Assembly (NCBI GenBank): GCA_029562645.1
Contig: JAKQUI010000033.1
Coordinates: forward strand, 59,146 to 123,145
From: Spirochaetota bacterium
GTDB taxonomy: Bacteria > Spirochaetota > UBA4802 > JAKQUI01
Length of the DNA stretch: 64,000 nt
Reading direction: 5' to 3'
Shown: positions 48,452 through 59,738 of the stretch, piece by piece
Numbering within the stretch: the stretch's first letter is position 1
Layout of the letters: every line of letters begins with the position of its first letter
Translations under genes and position numbers: made by a program
The notes under the pieces: generated by a model
What the model saw: the letters and a program-made list of their open reading frames with translations, nothing else
Database searches by the model: none
What the model was told of the DNA's origin: nothing

Positions 48452-48910
48452 ATGGCAATCGACACCACGCTCAACGTTCACGAGAGCACCCTGCGCCGCA
48501 TCGACAGGATCACATCAATAACGGGCCGCGCGCGCAATCGGGTCATCGTCGATTTGCTTACACGGGTGATGTCGGATCGGGGCAAGCAATTCGCGACGGG
48601 CTGCACGGTGCGCTATCAACGGCGCGACAACAAGGAGAAATGGCGAACGGTCCATGTTCGATTGAGCGAGGATGAGGTTGATTACTTTCGGGATCTGCGG
48701 GGGGTGTATAAGCGGTCGGAGTCGCTGCTACTGGCGGAGGCCGCCCGTGAATATCTGAGCGATATTATCAGGGAGGCGCTGCGCGGTGTGAAAAGCGATA
48801 ACCATCCGTTCCAGAACTACGTTCTGTCACGGCATGAGGCGGAAGGATTGATTTTCTGGACCATCTGCTGGGGATTCCCCCCAACCCCCCAAAACCACTT
48901 CAAGCTCTGA
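48452..48910 (+). CDS. hypothetical protein, paralog 2 of the 36260..36718 family
   Basis: MAIDTTLNVHESTLRRIDRITSITGRARN...KEKWRTVHVRLSEDEVDYFRD...AEAAREYL...EAEGLIFWTICWGFPPTPQNHFKL. Confidence 0.45.
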   Translation: MAIDTTLNVHESTLRRIDRITSITGRARNRVIVDLLTRVMSDRGKQFATGCTVRYQRRDNKEKWRTVHVRLSEDEVDYFRDLRGVYKRSESLLLAEAAREYLSDIIREALRGVKSDNHPFQNYVLSRHEAEGLIFWTICWGFPPTPQNHFKL

Positions 48911-48931
48911 CCCGTGCATCGCCGAAATGCG

Positions 48932-49420
48932 TCACTTCTTGCTCAGCTCGCCGTACAGCATCTTCGCGAGCCCCATATTCGCGGTCTTCGACATCTCCAG
49001 CGCATAGTTGTCGTACAGCATATCCTCGAAGATCTCCTCGGCGAAACCGCCGTGGAGCATCTCCCCCTTCTGGACGGTCTTGCGCATCTCCTTGAGCATC
49101 TTGGACACGAACAACGACTCCATCTCCACGCAGGCGTCCATGAGGCGCGTGTCCACGGGCTTGCGGTCCAGCGGGATCGCGTTATGCGGCGCACGGAATG
49201 TGTGGTTCGCCTCGGGCATGCGCATCCCCGCCGACTGCGACGCGCGTTTCCCGGGACCCGCAGCAAGACCCTCCACGTCGAGCACCTGGTGCATCACGCT
49301 CGCGAAATCGGCGTGTTTTCCGGATGTATCGACGCGCTTCTTCACGCCCTGCGCCGTCCCGCTCTCGAGAGCCGTGCGCCGCGCGTCCATGATCATCGAC
49401 AGGTCGTTTTGGGTAATCAT
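48932..49420 (-). CDS. flgJ: flagellar rod-binding protein (FlgJ N-terminal domain only)
   Basis: Start at MITQNDLSMIMDARRT. ...LESLFVSKMLKEMRKT...GGFAEEIFEDMLYDNYALEMSK... is the rod-binding motif. No muramidase domain. Confidence 0.6.
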   Translation of the reverse strand: MITQNDLSMIMDARRTALESGTAQGVKKRVDTSGKHADFASVMHQVLDVEGLAAGPGKRASQSAGMRMPEANHTFRAPHNAIPLDRKPVDTRLMDACVEMESLFVSKMLKEMRKTVQKGEMLHGGFAEEIFEDMLYDNYALEMSKTANMGLAKMLYGELSKK

Positions 49421-49430
49421 GCTCGCCTCA

Positions 49431-50444
49431 CTACCGTATGATAAGCTCCGCGTGGAGCGCCTTTGCCTCGTCCATGGCCTTGAGTATCGCGATAATATCA
49501 CGGGTGGACGCCCCGATGGAGCCCAGCGCGTCCACCAGGTCTTTCACCGTGGCGACATCCTTGATATGCGCAACCGACGTGGTGCCCGCACTCCCCTTGT
49601 CCTTCTTCTCGATGCGGACGGTCATCCCCTCCTTGCTCACAACCACCTCGGAGATCCGCACGGCGCCGCCCATCACGATGGTGCCGGAACGCTCGTCCAC
49701 CACGACCCGGGCGCGCGCGCTGGCCGGAACCTCGATCGCCTCGATCTTCGCGATGAACTCGTCCACGCTCGTTTCCTTGGGGACCACCAGTTTGATTTTT
49801 CCGCCTTTGGCGATCGCCGCCTTCGATTCGGGAAACGCGTCATTGAGCGCCTTCACGATGCGGCTGGCCATGGTAAAGTCCCAGTTCTCGAGCACCACCT
49901 GTATGGCGCTGTCGGCGCCGTACTCGGGCAGGCTTTCGCGCTCCACAATCCCGCCCCCGGAGATGCTCCCCACGGTCTTCACGGTCTTCGTCCGTCCGCC
50001 CGGAGCCCCCGCGCCGTCCATGGAGAGCGTCCCCTGCGCCGCCACGTACACCCGATCATCCGCGCCGCGCAGCGGGGACTGCACCAGGATCCCGCCCTCG
50101 AGCGACTTCGCATCTCCGATGGACGATACCGTGATGTCCACGCGGTCGCCCACGCGCGCGAAGGCCGGCAGCATCGCCGTGACCATCACGGCGGCGGTGT
50201 TCTTCGAGCCGATGTCGTCGCCCTCGATGCCCATGTTCTTCAGGAGATTGCGCAGCGACGTCTTCGTGAGCGCGGATCGCGTATCGCCGGTCCCCGGCAG
50301 GCCCACGACGATCCCGAAGCCCATGAGCTGGTTTTCCTTGAGGCCGTCCACATACGAGATGTCGCGAAGCTTCACCATCACCTCGGCGCGCGCGGCGAGC
50401 GCGAGCATCATCATGCACACAATGAATGCCGGTATCCGTTTCAT
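49431..50444 (-). CDS. flgI: flagellar P-ring protein
   Basis: 337 aa. Signal peptide. ...GFGIVVGLPGTGD... and ...GGILVQSPLRGADDRVYVAAQGTLS.... Confidence 0.9.
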   Translation of the reverse strand: MKRIPAFIVCMMMLALAARAEVMVKLRDISYVDGLKENQLMGFGIVVGLPGTGDTRSALTKTSLRNLLKNMGIEGDDIGSKNTAAVMVTAMLPAFARVGDRVDITVSSIGDAKSLEGGILVQSPLRGADDRVYVAAQGTLSMDGAGAPGGRTKTVKTVGSISGGGIVERESLPEYGADSAIQVVLENWDFTMASRIVKALNDAFPESKAAIAKGGKIKLVVPKETSVDEFIAKIEAIEVPASARARVVVDERSGTIVMGGAVRISEVVVSKEGMTVRIEKKDKGSAGTTSVAHIKDVATVKDLVDALGSIGASTRDIIAILKAMDEAKALHAELIIR

Positions 50445-50448
50445 GCCG

Positions 50449-51129
50449 TTAGCGGGTGATCTCCTGGAGCATTTTTTTCACGTAGTCGAGGATGATCCTC
50501 TGCTTCTCCTCCTCGGTAAGCTTGAAGGCGGCCGATTCGCCCTCCTTGAGCGGCTCGCGCTTCAGGTCCACCGGCGCGCCGGACTTGCCGCCCACGATGT
50601 CCATGCGGAAGTCGGCGATGTCGTCGGCGAGGACGGTCTTCCCCTTCACGAGCGCCGGATCGATGATGCCGCGGACGCGAAAGCTGCTGCGCACGCCATG
50701 GAAGGTGTAGTCGCGCCGGCCGTCCACCGTGAACTTGCCGTCGTCGCGCCGCCCCGTTACGCGCGCGGCGATCGACACCAGCATGTTGTTCTTTCCGGAG
50801 AAGTCCGTCTTGCCGGTGGACGCGCTCTTGCGGTCGGTGGACACCTTCGGTAAAAACGGGGTGATCCCCTGATCGGGGTTGGCGGTGATATTAAAGGTAT
50901 TGTTGTCCGCAACGGTGACGGAGAATTTCATCTGCGAGACGTCCTCGATCTTCACGATGAGGATGTCGCCCACCTTGAGGCTCGCGGCGGAGGAATAGAC
51001 ATTGCGGTCGGTCCAGAGCGATTTCGGGAACACGGCGGCCGCCGACAGGATGAACACCAGCACGAATGACACGATGAGAAACCCGACGATGGCGCCGGTC
51101 GCGTCATCGGCATATGCGTTCCGCCTCAC
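50449..51129 (-). CDS. flgH: flagellar L-ring protein
   Basis: 226 aa. ...VGDILIVKIEDVSQ..., ...NMLVSIAARVT...DGKFTVDGRRDYTFHGVRSSFRVRGII.... No cysteine anywhere in the protein. The N-terminus is a hydrophobic anchor rather than a lipobox. Confidence 0.8.
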   Translation of the reverse strand: MRRNAYADDATGAIVGFLIVSFVLVFILSAAAVFPKSLWTDRNVYSSAASLKVGDILIVKIEDVSQMKFSVTVADNNTFNITANPDQGITPFLPKVSTDRKSASTGKTDFSGKNNMLVSIAARVTGRRDDGKFTVDGRRDYTFHGVRSSFRVRGIIDPALVKGKTVLADDIADFRMDIVGGKSGAPVDLKREPLKEGESAAFKLTEEEKQRIILDYVKKMLQEITR

Positions 51130-51644
51130 AGCGTCACCTCCACCCGGCCGCCCTCGACGATCCGGCCGGTGAGCCGCGCGGCGCCCTTCAGGCGGACGGA
51201 AACAGTCTCGCCCGCGCGCCCGTCGCCCAGCGCCACGCCGGGAAGCTCAATGGCAACGCCGTTCTTGCGAACGACCACGGTGATCCGCTCGCCCGCCTTG
51301 ATCCCGACGTCCCGCGCCGGCCCCGCGGGGGCCTCGTCGCGCGCGCCGTTCGGCCGGACGATGCGCACGGCGTTACCCTCGATGAACACGAGATCATTCG
51401 TGAGCCGCGCGACAAGCGCCGCGATCTCGGTGCGGTCCAGCAATCCGTCGCGGCAGAGCTCGCCGGGAATCAGGATTGCGCCGATCGCGTCGGTGGCCGC
51501 GCCGGCCTCCACGCGGGCGACGTCCGACAACGCAAGCGGCGCGTCGCCCCGCTGCGCGGTGGGATAGAGCAGCAGCCGCACCTCGGCCGCGGCGACGCCG
51601 AGCGCCGTTATGAGAAACGCGACGATGAGGGCCGCGCGCAGCAT
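51126..51644 (-). CDS. flgA: flagellar basal-body P-ring formation protein FlgA (SAF domain)
   Basis: 172 aa. Signal peptide. C-terminal ...IKAGERITVVVRKNGVAIELPGVALGDGRAGETVSVRL.... Confidence 0.65.
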   Translation of the reverse strand: MLRAALIVAFLITALGVAAAEVRLLLYPTAQRGDAPLALSDVARVEAGAATDAIGAILIPGELCRDGLLDRTEIAALVARLTNDLVFIEGNAVRIVRPNGARDEAPAGPARDVGIKAGERITVVVRKNGVAIELPGVALGDGRAGETVSVRLKGAARLTGRIVEGGRVEVTL

Positions 51645-51645
51645 C

Positions 51646-52440
51646 TTACCGCTTGAGCCCGATCGCCGTGCCGAGCATGTTGTCGGAGGTGAGGATCGCC
51701 TTGGAGTTGAGTTCGTAGGCGCGCTGCGCCACGATCATGTTCACCATCTCCTCGACCACCTTCACGTTGGACATCTCGAGGAAGCCCTGGTGCGTCTTGG
51801 CCATACCGCCCAGGCCCGGCTGGCCCGCGATCTCGGGGCCGGATGCCGGCGTGGTCTTGTAGAGGTTCCCGCCGATGCTGGCCAGGCCCGCCGGGTTCAC
51901 GAAGCGATAGATCTCGAGCTGGCCCACGTCGATGGGATCGTCCTCGCCCACCAGCTTCACGGTGATGCGGCCGTCCTGGCTGATGGCCAGCGAATCGTGG
52001 ATGAAATTCTCCGGCAGGATGAGCGGCGGCTCGAGCAGGTAGCCGTTGGAGGTGACCACCTGGCGGTTGGAGTCGATCTTCCAGGAACCGTCGCGCGTAT
52101 AGGCGAACGTGCCATCATACAACTGCACTTTGAAGAACCCCTCGCCCTCGAGCGCGAGATCGAGCTTGTTTTCGGTGTTCTGGAGGCTGCCCTGCATGAA
52201 CATCTTCTGCGAGGCCGAGGTCTTCACGCCGTGGCCCACCTGGATGCCGGTGGGGACCTCGCTCACCTCGGTCGCGGGCGTTCCCGCCATCAACATGGTC
52301 TGATAGATCAGGTCCTCGAACTCGGCCCGGCTCTTCTTGAATCCGGTGGTATTCACATTGGAAAGGTTGTTCGATATCGTATCGATATTGAACTGCTGGC
52401 CGATCATGCCGGAAGCGGCCGTCCAGAGCGATCTCATCAT
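51646..52440 (-). CDS. flgG: flagellar basal-body rod protein FlgG
   Basis: 264 aa. MMRSLWTAASGMIGQQFNIDTISNNLSNVNTTGFKKSRAEFEDLIYQ... ...SNVKVVEEMVNMIVAQRAYELNSKAI.... Collinear with enterobacterial FlgG over its whole length. Confidence 0.9.
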   Translation of the reverse strand: MMRSLWTAASGMIGQQFNIDTISNNLSNVNTTGFKKSRAEFEDLIYQTMLMAGTPATEVSEVPTGIQVGHGVKTSASQKMFMQGSLQNTENKLDLALEGEGFFKVQLYDGTFAYTRDGSWKIDSNRQVVTSNGYLLEPPLILPENFIHDSLAISQDGRITVKLVGEDDPIDVGQLEIYRFVNPAGLASIGGNLYKTTPASGPEIAGQPGLGGMAKTHQGFLEMSNVKVVEEMVNMIVAQRAYELNSKAILTSDNMLGTAIGLKR

Positions 52441-52558
52441 GGCGCGTACCTCGCGAACCTGCGGGAATGATACATCTTCTACCGTTCCCTATCGGACAAA
52501 TCGCGCAATGCCTGAAGCAACAAAATGCGCCATTTCTGCTTGCCGAAACGCGCCGGAC

Positions 52559-54766
52559 ATGCACAATGCCGTCATGGGCACGGGCGATACAATCGGCGCA
52601 TACGGCGCCCCGGCGGGTGGCGGCGTCCCGCTCGATTTCGTGGAGCTGCTGCCGCAGGTCGTGTTCGAAACCGACGCCGCCGGGATCATCCTCTACGTAA
52701 ACCGCATCGCGTCGGAGCTGTCCGGCTACAGCATGGACGAGCTCCGATCCGGAAAAAACATCCTTTCCTTTCTAACGCCCGAATGCCGCGAAATTGCCGT
52801 TACAAACATGACCGAGGTGATGGCGGGACGTCGCCCGCGCACCGCCGAGTACACGATCATTCGCAAGGACGGAAGCACCTTCCCGGTAAACATCTACTCG
52901 ACCGCCATCATACGCGACGGAAACTTCGCGGGCCTGCGCGGCATCATCGTGGACATCACCGACCAGAAACAGACCGAGAGCGCCCTCTCGCAGAGCGAAG
53001 CGCGCTTCCAGACGCTCATCCACAACCTTCCGTACGGCATCGTCCTCATCGCACCCGACGGCTCGCCGGAATACCTCAATCCGACGTTCACCCGGCTGTT
53101 CGGCTACACGCCAGCGGACATCCCCAGCGCCCAGGCGTGGTTCGAGCGCGCATACCCGGACCCCGTCTACCGTGCGTCCATGATGGCGCTGTGGAGCGAG
53201 ACCGACGCCGAGAAGACGGCCTCAACCACTACCGATTTCGTCGTCCGCTGCAAGGACGGCTCCGACAAGAGCATCCAGTTCCACCGGGTGAACATCGACG
53301 GCGGCAGGACCATCCTCACCTGTATCGACATGACGGCGCGCGTGAAGGCCGAGGAGGCGCTCCGGGAGAGCAAACACGAGCTCGATTTCATCACCGGCAA
53401 CATGATCGACCTCATTGCCCATGCCGGGCCCGACGGGCGGTATCAGTACACCTCGCCCTCGTATCAAACGGTGCTTGGCTATAGCGAAACCGAGCTGCGC
53501 GCCATGTCCGGATTCGATATCGTCCATCCCGATGACATTCAGCGCATCTGGGCAACCTACATCGAGGCAATCATCAATCGTGAACCGCGAATCCGATACG
53601 AGACGAGGCTGCGCCGGAAGGACGGCGAGTACCTCCCTTTTGAGGTGACCGCCAAAATCCTGTACGATGACGCCGGTCGCCTCGCCGGGGGCATTCTCTC
53701 GGCGCGCAACCTTACCGAGCGCCGCGCGGCCGCTCGCGCACTCCGCGAGAGCGAGGAGAAATACCGCGCCATCTTCGCGAACAGCTCGGAGGGCATCTTC
53801 CAATCCACGCCGGCGGGGAGTTATCTCATCGCGAACCCGGCCCTCGCGCACATGTACGGCTTCAGCGGCCCGGCCGAGCTCCTGCGCGAGGTGACCGACA
53901 TCGCCGCGCAGATCTACGCGGACCCCGCGGACCGTTCGCGCTTCATTGAGCTTCTCGAGAAACACGGCGCCGTTACGAACATGGAGATGCGGATGCGGCG
54001 GCGCGACGGATCGCTCTTCTGGGTTTCGACCAATGCGCGCGCCGTCCGCGACGCCGGGGGCGCGATCGCCTACTACGAGGGCACCAGCCGGGACATCACC
54101 GAGCGCAAACAATCGCGCGAGCGCATCCAGGACGCCCTGCGCGAGAAGGAGGTGCTGCTCCGCGAGGTCCATCACCGGGTCAAGAACAACTTCCAGATCA
54201 TTTCGAGCCTCATGAACCTGCAGCGCCAGCGGATCGCGGACGAGGGGCTCCGCTCCCACTACGGCGACGCCATCAACCGCATCGCCGCCATGGCCGCGGT
54301 GCACGAGCGCCTCTACCGCTCGGCCGACCTCTCGCGCGTGGACCTCGCCGATTATATCGCGGACATCGCCGCCGAGCTCATGACCGGCTTCCGGCGTCCG
54401 GACCGCCCGGTCGCGCTTCACTGCGATACCGCGCCCATCACGGTGCCCGTCGAGATCGCCATTCCCTGCGCCCTCATCATCAACGAGGCGCTCACCAATT
54501 CGCTCAAACACGCCTTCCCGCCGGACTGGCGCGGCGATCCGGAAATTCGCATAACGCTCCGCCGCCGGGGACCCGGCGAGGTCGAGCTCGCGCTCGCGGA
54601 CAACGGCGTCGGCATCCCCGACCAACCGCCGGGACCCGCCCAATCGCTCGGCCTGCAGATCATCCCGCTCCTTGCGCGACAGATAAACGGACGCCACAGC
54701 ATCGAGCGCGGGGACGGCGCCTGCCACCGTATCGTCTTTGCGAACATCCCCGCGGCGGCCCGATGA
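52559..54766 (+). CDS. multi-PAS sensor histidine kinase, HisKA_2/HWE type, no receiver domain
   Basis: Start at MHNAVMGTGD; the longer ORF from 52337 would overlap flgG on the other strand. Several PAS/PAC units, then HRVKNNFQIISSLMNLQ (HisKA_2 H-box) and NEALTNSLKHAF...DNGVGIP (HATPase). Confidence 0.8.
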   Translation: MHNAVMGTGDTIGAYGAPAGGGVPLDFVELLPQVVFETDAAGIILYVNRIASELSGYSMDELRSGKNILSFLTPECREIAVTNMTEVMAGRRPRTAEYTIIRKDGSTFPVNIYSTAIIRDGNFAGLRGIIVDITDQKQTESALSQSEARFQTLIHNLPYGIVLIAPDGSPEYLNPTFTRLFGYTPADIPSAQAWFERAYPDPVYRASMMALWSETDAEKTASTTTDFVVRCKDGSDKSIQFHRVNIDGGRTILTCIDMTARVKAEEALRESKHELDFITGNMIDLIAHAGPDGRYQYTSPSYQTVLGYSETELRAMSGFDIVHPDDIQRIWATYIEAIINREPRIRYETRLRRKDGEYLPFEVTAKILYDDAGRLAGGILSARNLTERRAAARALRESEEKYRAIFANSSEGIFQSTPAGSYLIANPALAHMYGFSGPAELLREVTDIAAQIYADPADRSRFIELLEKHGAVTNMEMRMRRRDGSLFWVSTNARAVRDAGGAIAYYEGTSRDITERKQSRERIQDALREKEVLLREVHHRVKNNFQIISSLMNLQRQRIADEGLRSHYGDAINRIAAMAAVHERLYRSADLSRVDLADYIADIAAELMTGFRRPDRPVALHCDTAPITVPVEIAIPCALIINEALTNSLKHAFPPDWRGDPEIRITLRRRGPGEVELALADNGVGIPDQPPGPAQSLGLQIIPLLARQINGRHSIERGDGACHRIVFANIPAAAR

Positions 54767-55590
54767 ACAAGGCCGAACTCATCGCGCGCTGCGCCGACGC
54801 CGGCATCAGCCCGAACCGTCGACTGGGACAGAACTTCCTTTTCAACGAAACCATCATTGCGCGGATCGTCGCTGCCGCCGGGATACAGCCGACCGACCGC
54901 GTGCTGGAGATCGGGCCCGGCATGGGGACTCTCACCGAGGCGATCGCCGAGCGCGCGGCGTCGGTGCATGCGATCGAGATCGACGCGGGCCTCGCGCGAC
55001 ATCTCCGCGACGCCTTCGCGCACCGGGACACCGTGACCATATCGCACGCGGACTTCCTGAAGAGCGCGCCCGTCCCCGGGATCACAAAAATTATATCCAA
55101 TCTCCCCTACTATTGCGCCTCGGAGATCCTCTTCGCGATCGCGACCGGCTACGCCAACCCCGAGACCTACGTGATGCTCCAGAGGGAGATGGCCGCGCGC
55201 ATCGCTGCGCGCCCCGGGGGGAAGGACTACGGCGCGCTCACCGTGACGCTCGGGTTCTATTTCTCCATGGAGCGGCTCTTCGACATCGACAAGCAATCGT
55301 TTCATCCCGCGCCGGAGGTCACCTCCACCTTCATCCGACTCGCGCGCACAGACATCGCGGCGCACGACGCGCGCTGGATCGAGCGCTTCCACACGGTGGT
55401 CAAGTCCGCCTTCTGGGGCCGCCGCAAGCCCATTCTCGGCGCGCTCGTGGAATCGCCGCACGCCCGCTTCGTCCGTGACGGGGTCATCGCCGCGCTCGCC
55501 TCGTGCATGATCCCGCCCAACACGCGCGCCGAGCGCCTCTCCGTCGACGACTACCGGGCGCTGACCGAAGCGCTCGCAGAGCGTGAATAA
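54763..55590 (+). CDS. rsmA: 16S rRNA (adenine1518/1519-N6)-dimethyltransferase
   Basis: 275 aa. ...RRLGQNFLFNETII..., VLEIGPGMGTLTE, ...IISNLPYY.... Confidence 0.9.
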   Translation: MNKAELIARCADAGISPNRRLGQNFLFNETIIARIVAAAGIQPTDRVLEIGPGMGTLTEAIAERAASVHAIEIDAGLARHLRDAFAHRDTVTISHADFLKSAPVPGITKIISNLPYYCASEILFAIATGYANPETYVMLQREMAARIAARPGGKDYGALTVTLGFYFSMERLFDIDKQSFHPAPEVTSTFIRLARTDIAAHDARWIERFHTVVKSAFWGRRKPILGALVESPHARFVRDGVIAALASCMIPPNTRAERLSVDDYRALTEALAERE

Positions 55591-55765
55591 TTATTATTGC
55601 ATTTTTTCATTCTCTACCGGCACTGTCTCGATGTCGCATCGACAGCATACGCACCTCACCCCTGTCCCTCTCCCACACGATAGGGAGAAGCGGCGGAACG
55701 CTTCCGTAAAACGCACCTCGGAACGGAAGGTGCGGCCCGGGGAGCGGGTGAGGCAACAGAATTGT

Positions 55766-56098
55766 ATGATCATCTACAACACGCAACTTGTCCGGCTCAT
55801 TACGTTCGGCTTCGCCGCAGGGATCTGCATCTTCCCGTTCATCCTGGTGCGGGACGATGCGCGCGACGACGCCGTCGTGATCAACCACGAGCGCATCCAC
55901 TACCGCCAGCAGGCCGAGCTCCTGGTCCTGGGATTTCATCTCCTCTATCTTGTCATGCTGCTGGCGAACCTCGTCCGTCATCGCAGGCTGCTGCCGGCCT
56001 ACCGCGCGCTCTGCTTCGAGCGCGAGGCGTACGCGCACGACCGCGACGCGGACTACCTGCGCACCCGAAAGCCCTATGCGTGCTTTCGAACCATCTGA
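55766..56098 (+). CDS. small membrane protein with an HExxH-like motif
   Basis: Start at MIIYNTQLVRLITFGFAAGICIFPFIL. ...VINHERIHYRQQAELLVLGFHLLYLVMLL... The start choice is uncertain. Confidence 0.35.
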   Translation: MIIYNTQLVRLITFGFAAGICIFPFILVRDDARDDAVVINHERIHYRQQAELLVLGFHLLYLVMLLANLVRHRRLLPAYRALCFEREAYAHDRDADYLRTRKPYACFRTI

Positions 56099-56114
56099 AA
56101 CACGGAGCGACCCC

Positions 56115-56459
56115 ATGCCCTATGTGAAAATCCAAACCAATCAAACGCCCACCGACGCCGACGCGGCGCGCATCAGCGAAAAGGCCTCGGCCTTCGCCGC
56201 GGCCGAGCTCGGCAAGCCGGAGCGCTACGTGATGGTCGCGCTCGAAACGGGCGTCACCATGCGCTACGCCGGGTCCGACGCGCCCTGCGCCTATCTCGAG
56301 GTGAAGAGCATCGGCCTCGCCGAGCAGGCGATCGAGACGCTCTCCGCCTCCTTCTGCGACTTTTGCGCCGCCGAGCTTGCCGTCGCGCCCGACCGCGTAT
56401 TCATCCGGTTCGAGGCGCCGCCCGGCGCGTGGTGGGGCTGGAACCGGAGGACCTTCTAG
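56115..56459 (+). CDS. MIF / tautomerase-family protein
   Basis: Starts MPYVKIQTN with Pro immediately after Met, the catalytic Pro-1 of tautomerases. About 114 aa. Its stop is adjacent to the metH start. Confidence 0.55.
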   Translation: MPYVKIQTNQTPTDADAARISEKASAFAAAELGKPERYVMVALETGVTMRYAGSDAPCAYLEVKSIGLAEQAIETLSASFCDFCAAELAVAPDRVFIRFEAPPGAWWGWNRRTF

Positions 56460-56461
56460 CC

Positions 56462-58894
<2,433 letters not shown>

Positions 58895-59156
58895 ATTTTG
58901 CCATATTTTTGTTGACAATATCCCTTCACGCCAAAAAAGTGATGGGGACGCACATCGTGTAATCCGTTCATTTTTTCGGTTTCCCGTCGTCTTCGGCAAT
59001 GCCGGCGGGCGCCCGGTCGGGCGCGCCGAGGGGACCGGACACCAGCAATTCTACATGCCGGCGCGCGTCCGCGCGGGACCGGCTGGAGGGTAACAGGCCG
59101 TACGTCAATCCCGAGCGCCCCACACACGCGACACTAAATTAGTAAGGAGATTATTC

Positions 59157-59690
59157 GTGAAACGGACATTGATTTTAATCTTCCTGCCGTTCCTCGTCGT
59201 GCTACCGTTTTCTTACGTCATTTCCGAAAAAGCCTGCGGCTCGCTAATGAGCTTTCACGCGAAAAAACCCATCCCGTTCAACCACAAGTCCCACATCACC
59301 AAGTATGGGGCGGCCAACTGCGAAACCTGCCACGGCTATTACGAGAACGGCCGCTTCAAGGGGCTGCCCACGGTGGGCGAATGCAAGGCATGCCACACCG
59401 ACAACGACGCCGGGAAAACCCCCGAGCAGGCGCGAAGCAAGCCGTTCTTCGCGAACTACAAGGACGGCGATCGCCCCTGGGAGGCCTTCGCGAAACAGCC
59501 CGACCTGGTCTACTTTAGCCACATGGCGGTCATGAAAAACGAGAAGCAAGCGCGCTGCTCGTCCTGTCACGGGCTCAAGGAAGACTCGATGACCACCGCC
59601 AAGATCAAGGGCAAGATGCCGATGGGCCAGTGCATGGACTGCCACACCGCGCTCAAGATCAGCAATGCCTGCATGGTCTGTCACGACTGA
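59157..59690 (+). CDS. membrane-anchored pentaheme cytochrome c (ActA/QrcA-like)
   Basis: GTG start with an AAGGAGA RBS. N-terminal TM. Five CxxCH motifs (CETCH, CKACH, CSSCH, CMDCH, CMVCH). Confidence 0.8.
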   Translation: MKRTLILIFLPFLVVLPFSYVISEKACGSLMSFHAKKPIPFNHKSHITKYGAANCETCHGYYENGRFKGLPTVGECKACHTDNDAGKTPEQARSKPFFANYKDGDRPWEAFAKQPDLVYFSHMAVMKNEKQARCSSCHGLKEDSMTTAKIKGKMPMGQCMDCHTALKISNACMVCHD

Positions 59691-59738
59691 TATACCGGCT
59701 GCCATCCGGAAAATCTACGACAAGGAGTCATTACCTGT

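Noticed and set aside
52337-52558. Kinase start at 52337.
   Set aside because: It would overlap the flgG coding 5' end on the opposite strand by about 100 nt. The first downstream in-frame ATG at 52559 was used instead. The true start is uncertain.
58895-59156. Track ORF 58857..59093+ and a promoter call upstream of the cytochrome operon.
   Set aside because: The ORF is a GC-rich frame artefact in the spacer. A TTGACA at about 58913 lacks a convincing -10 element, so no promoter feature was recorded.
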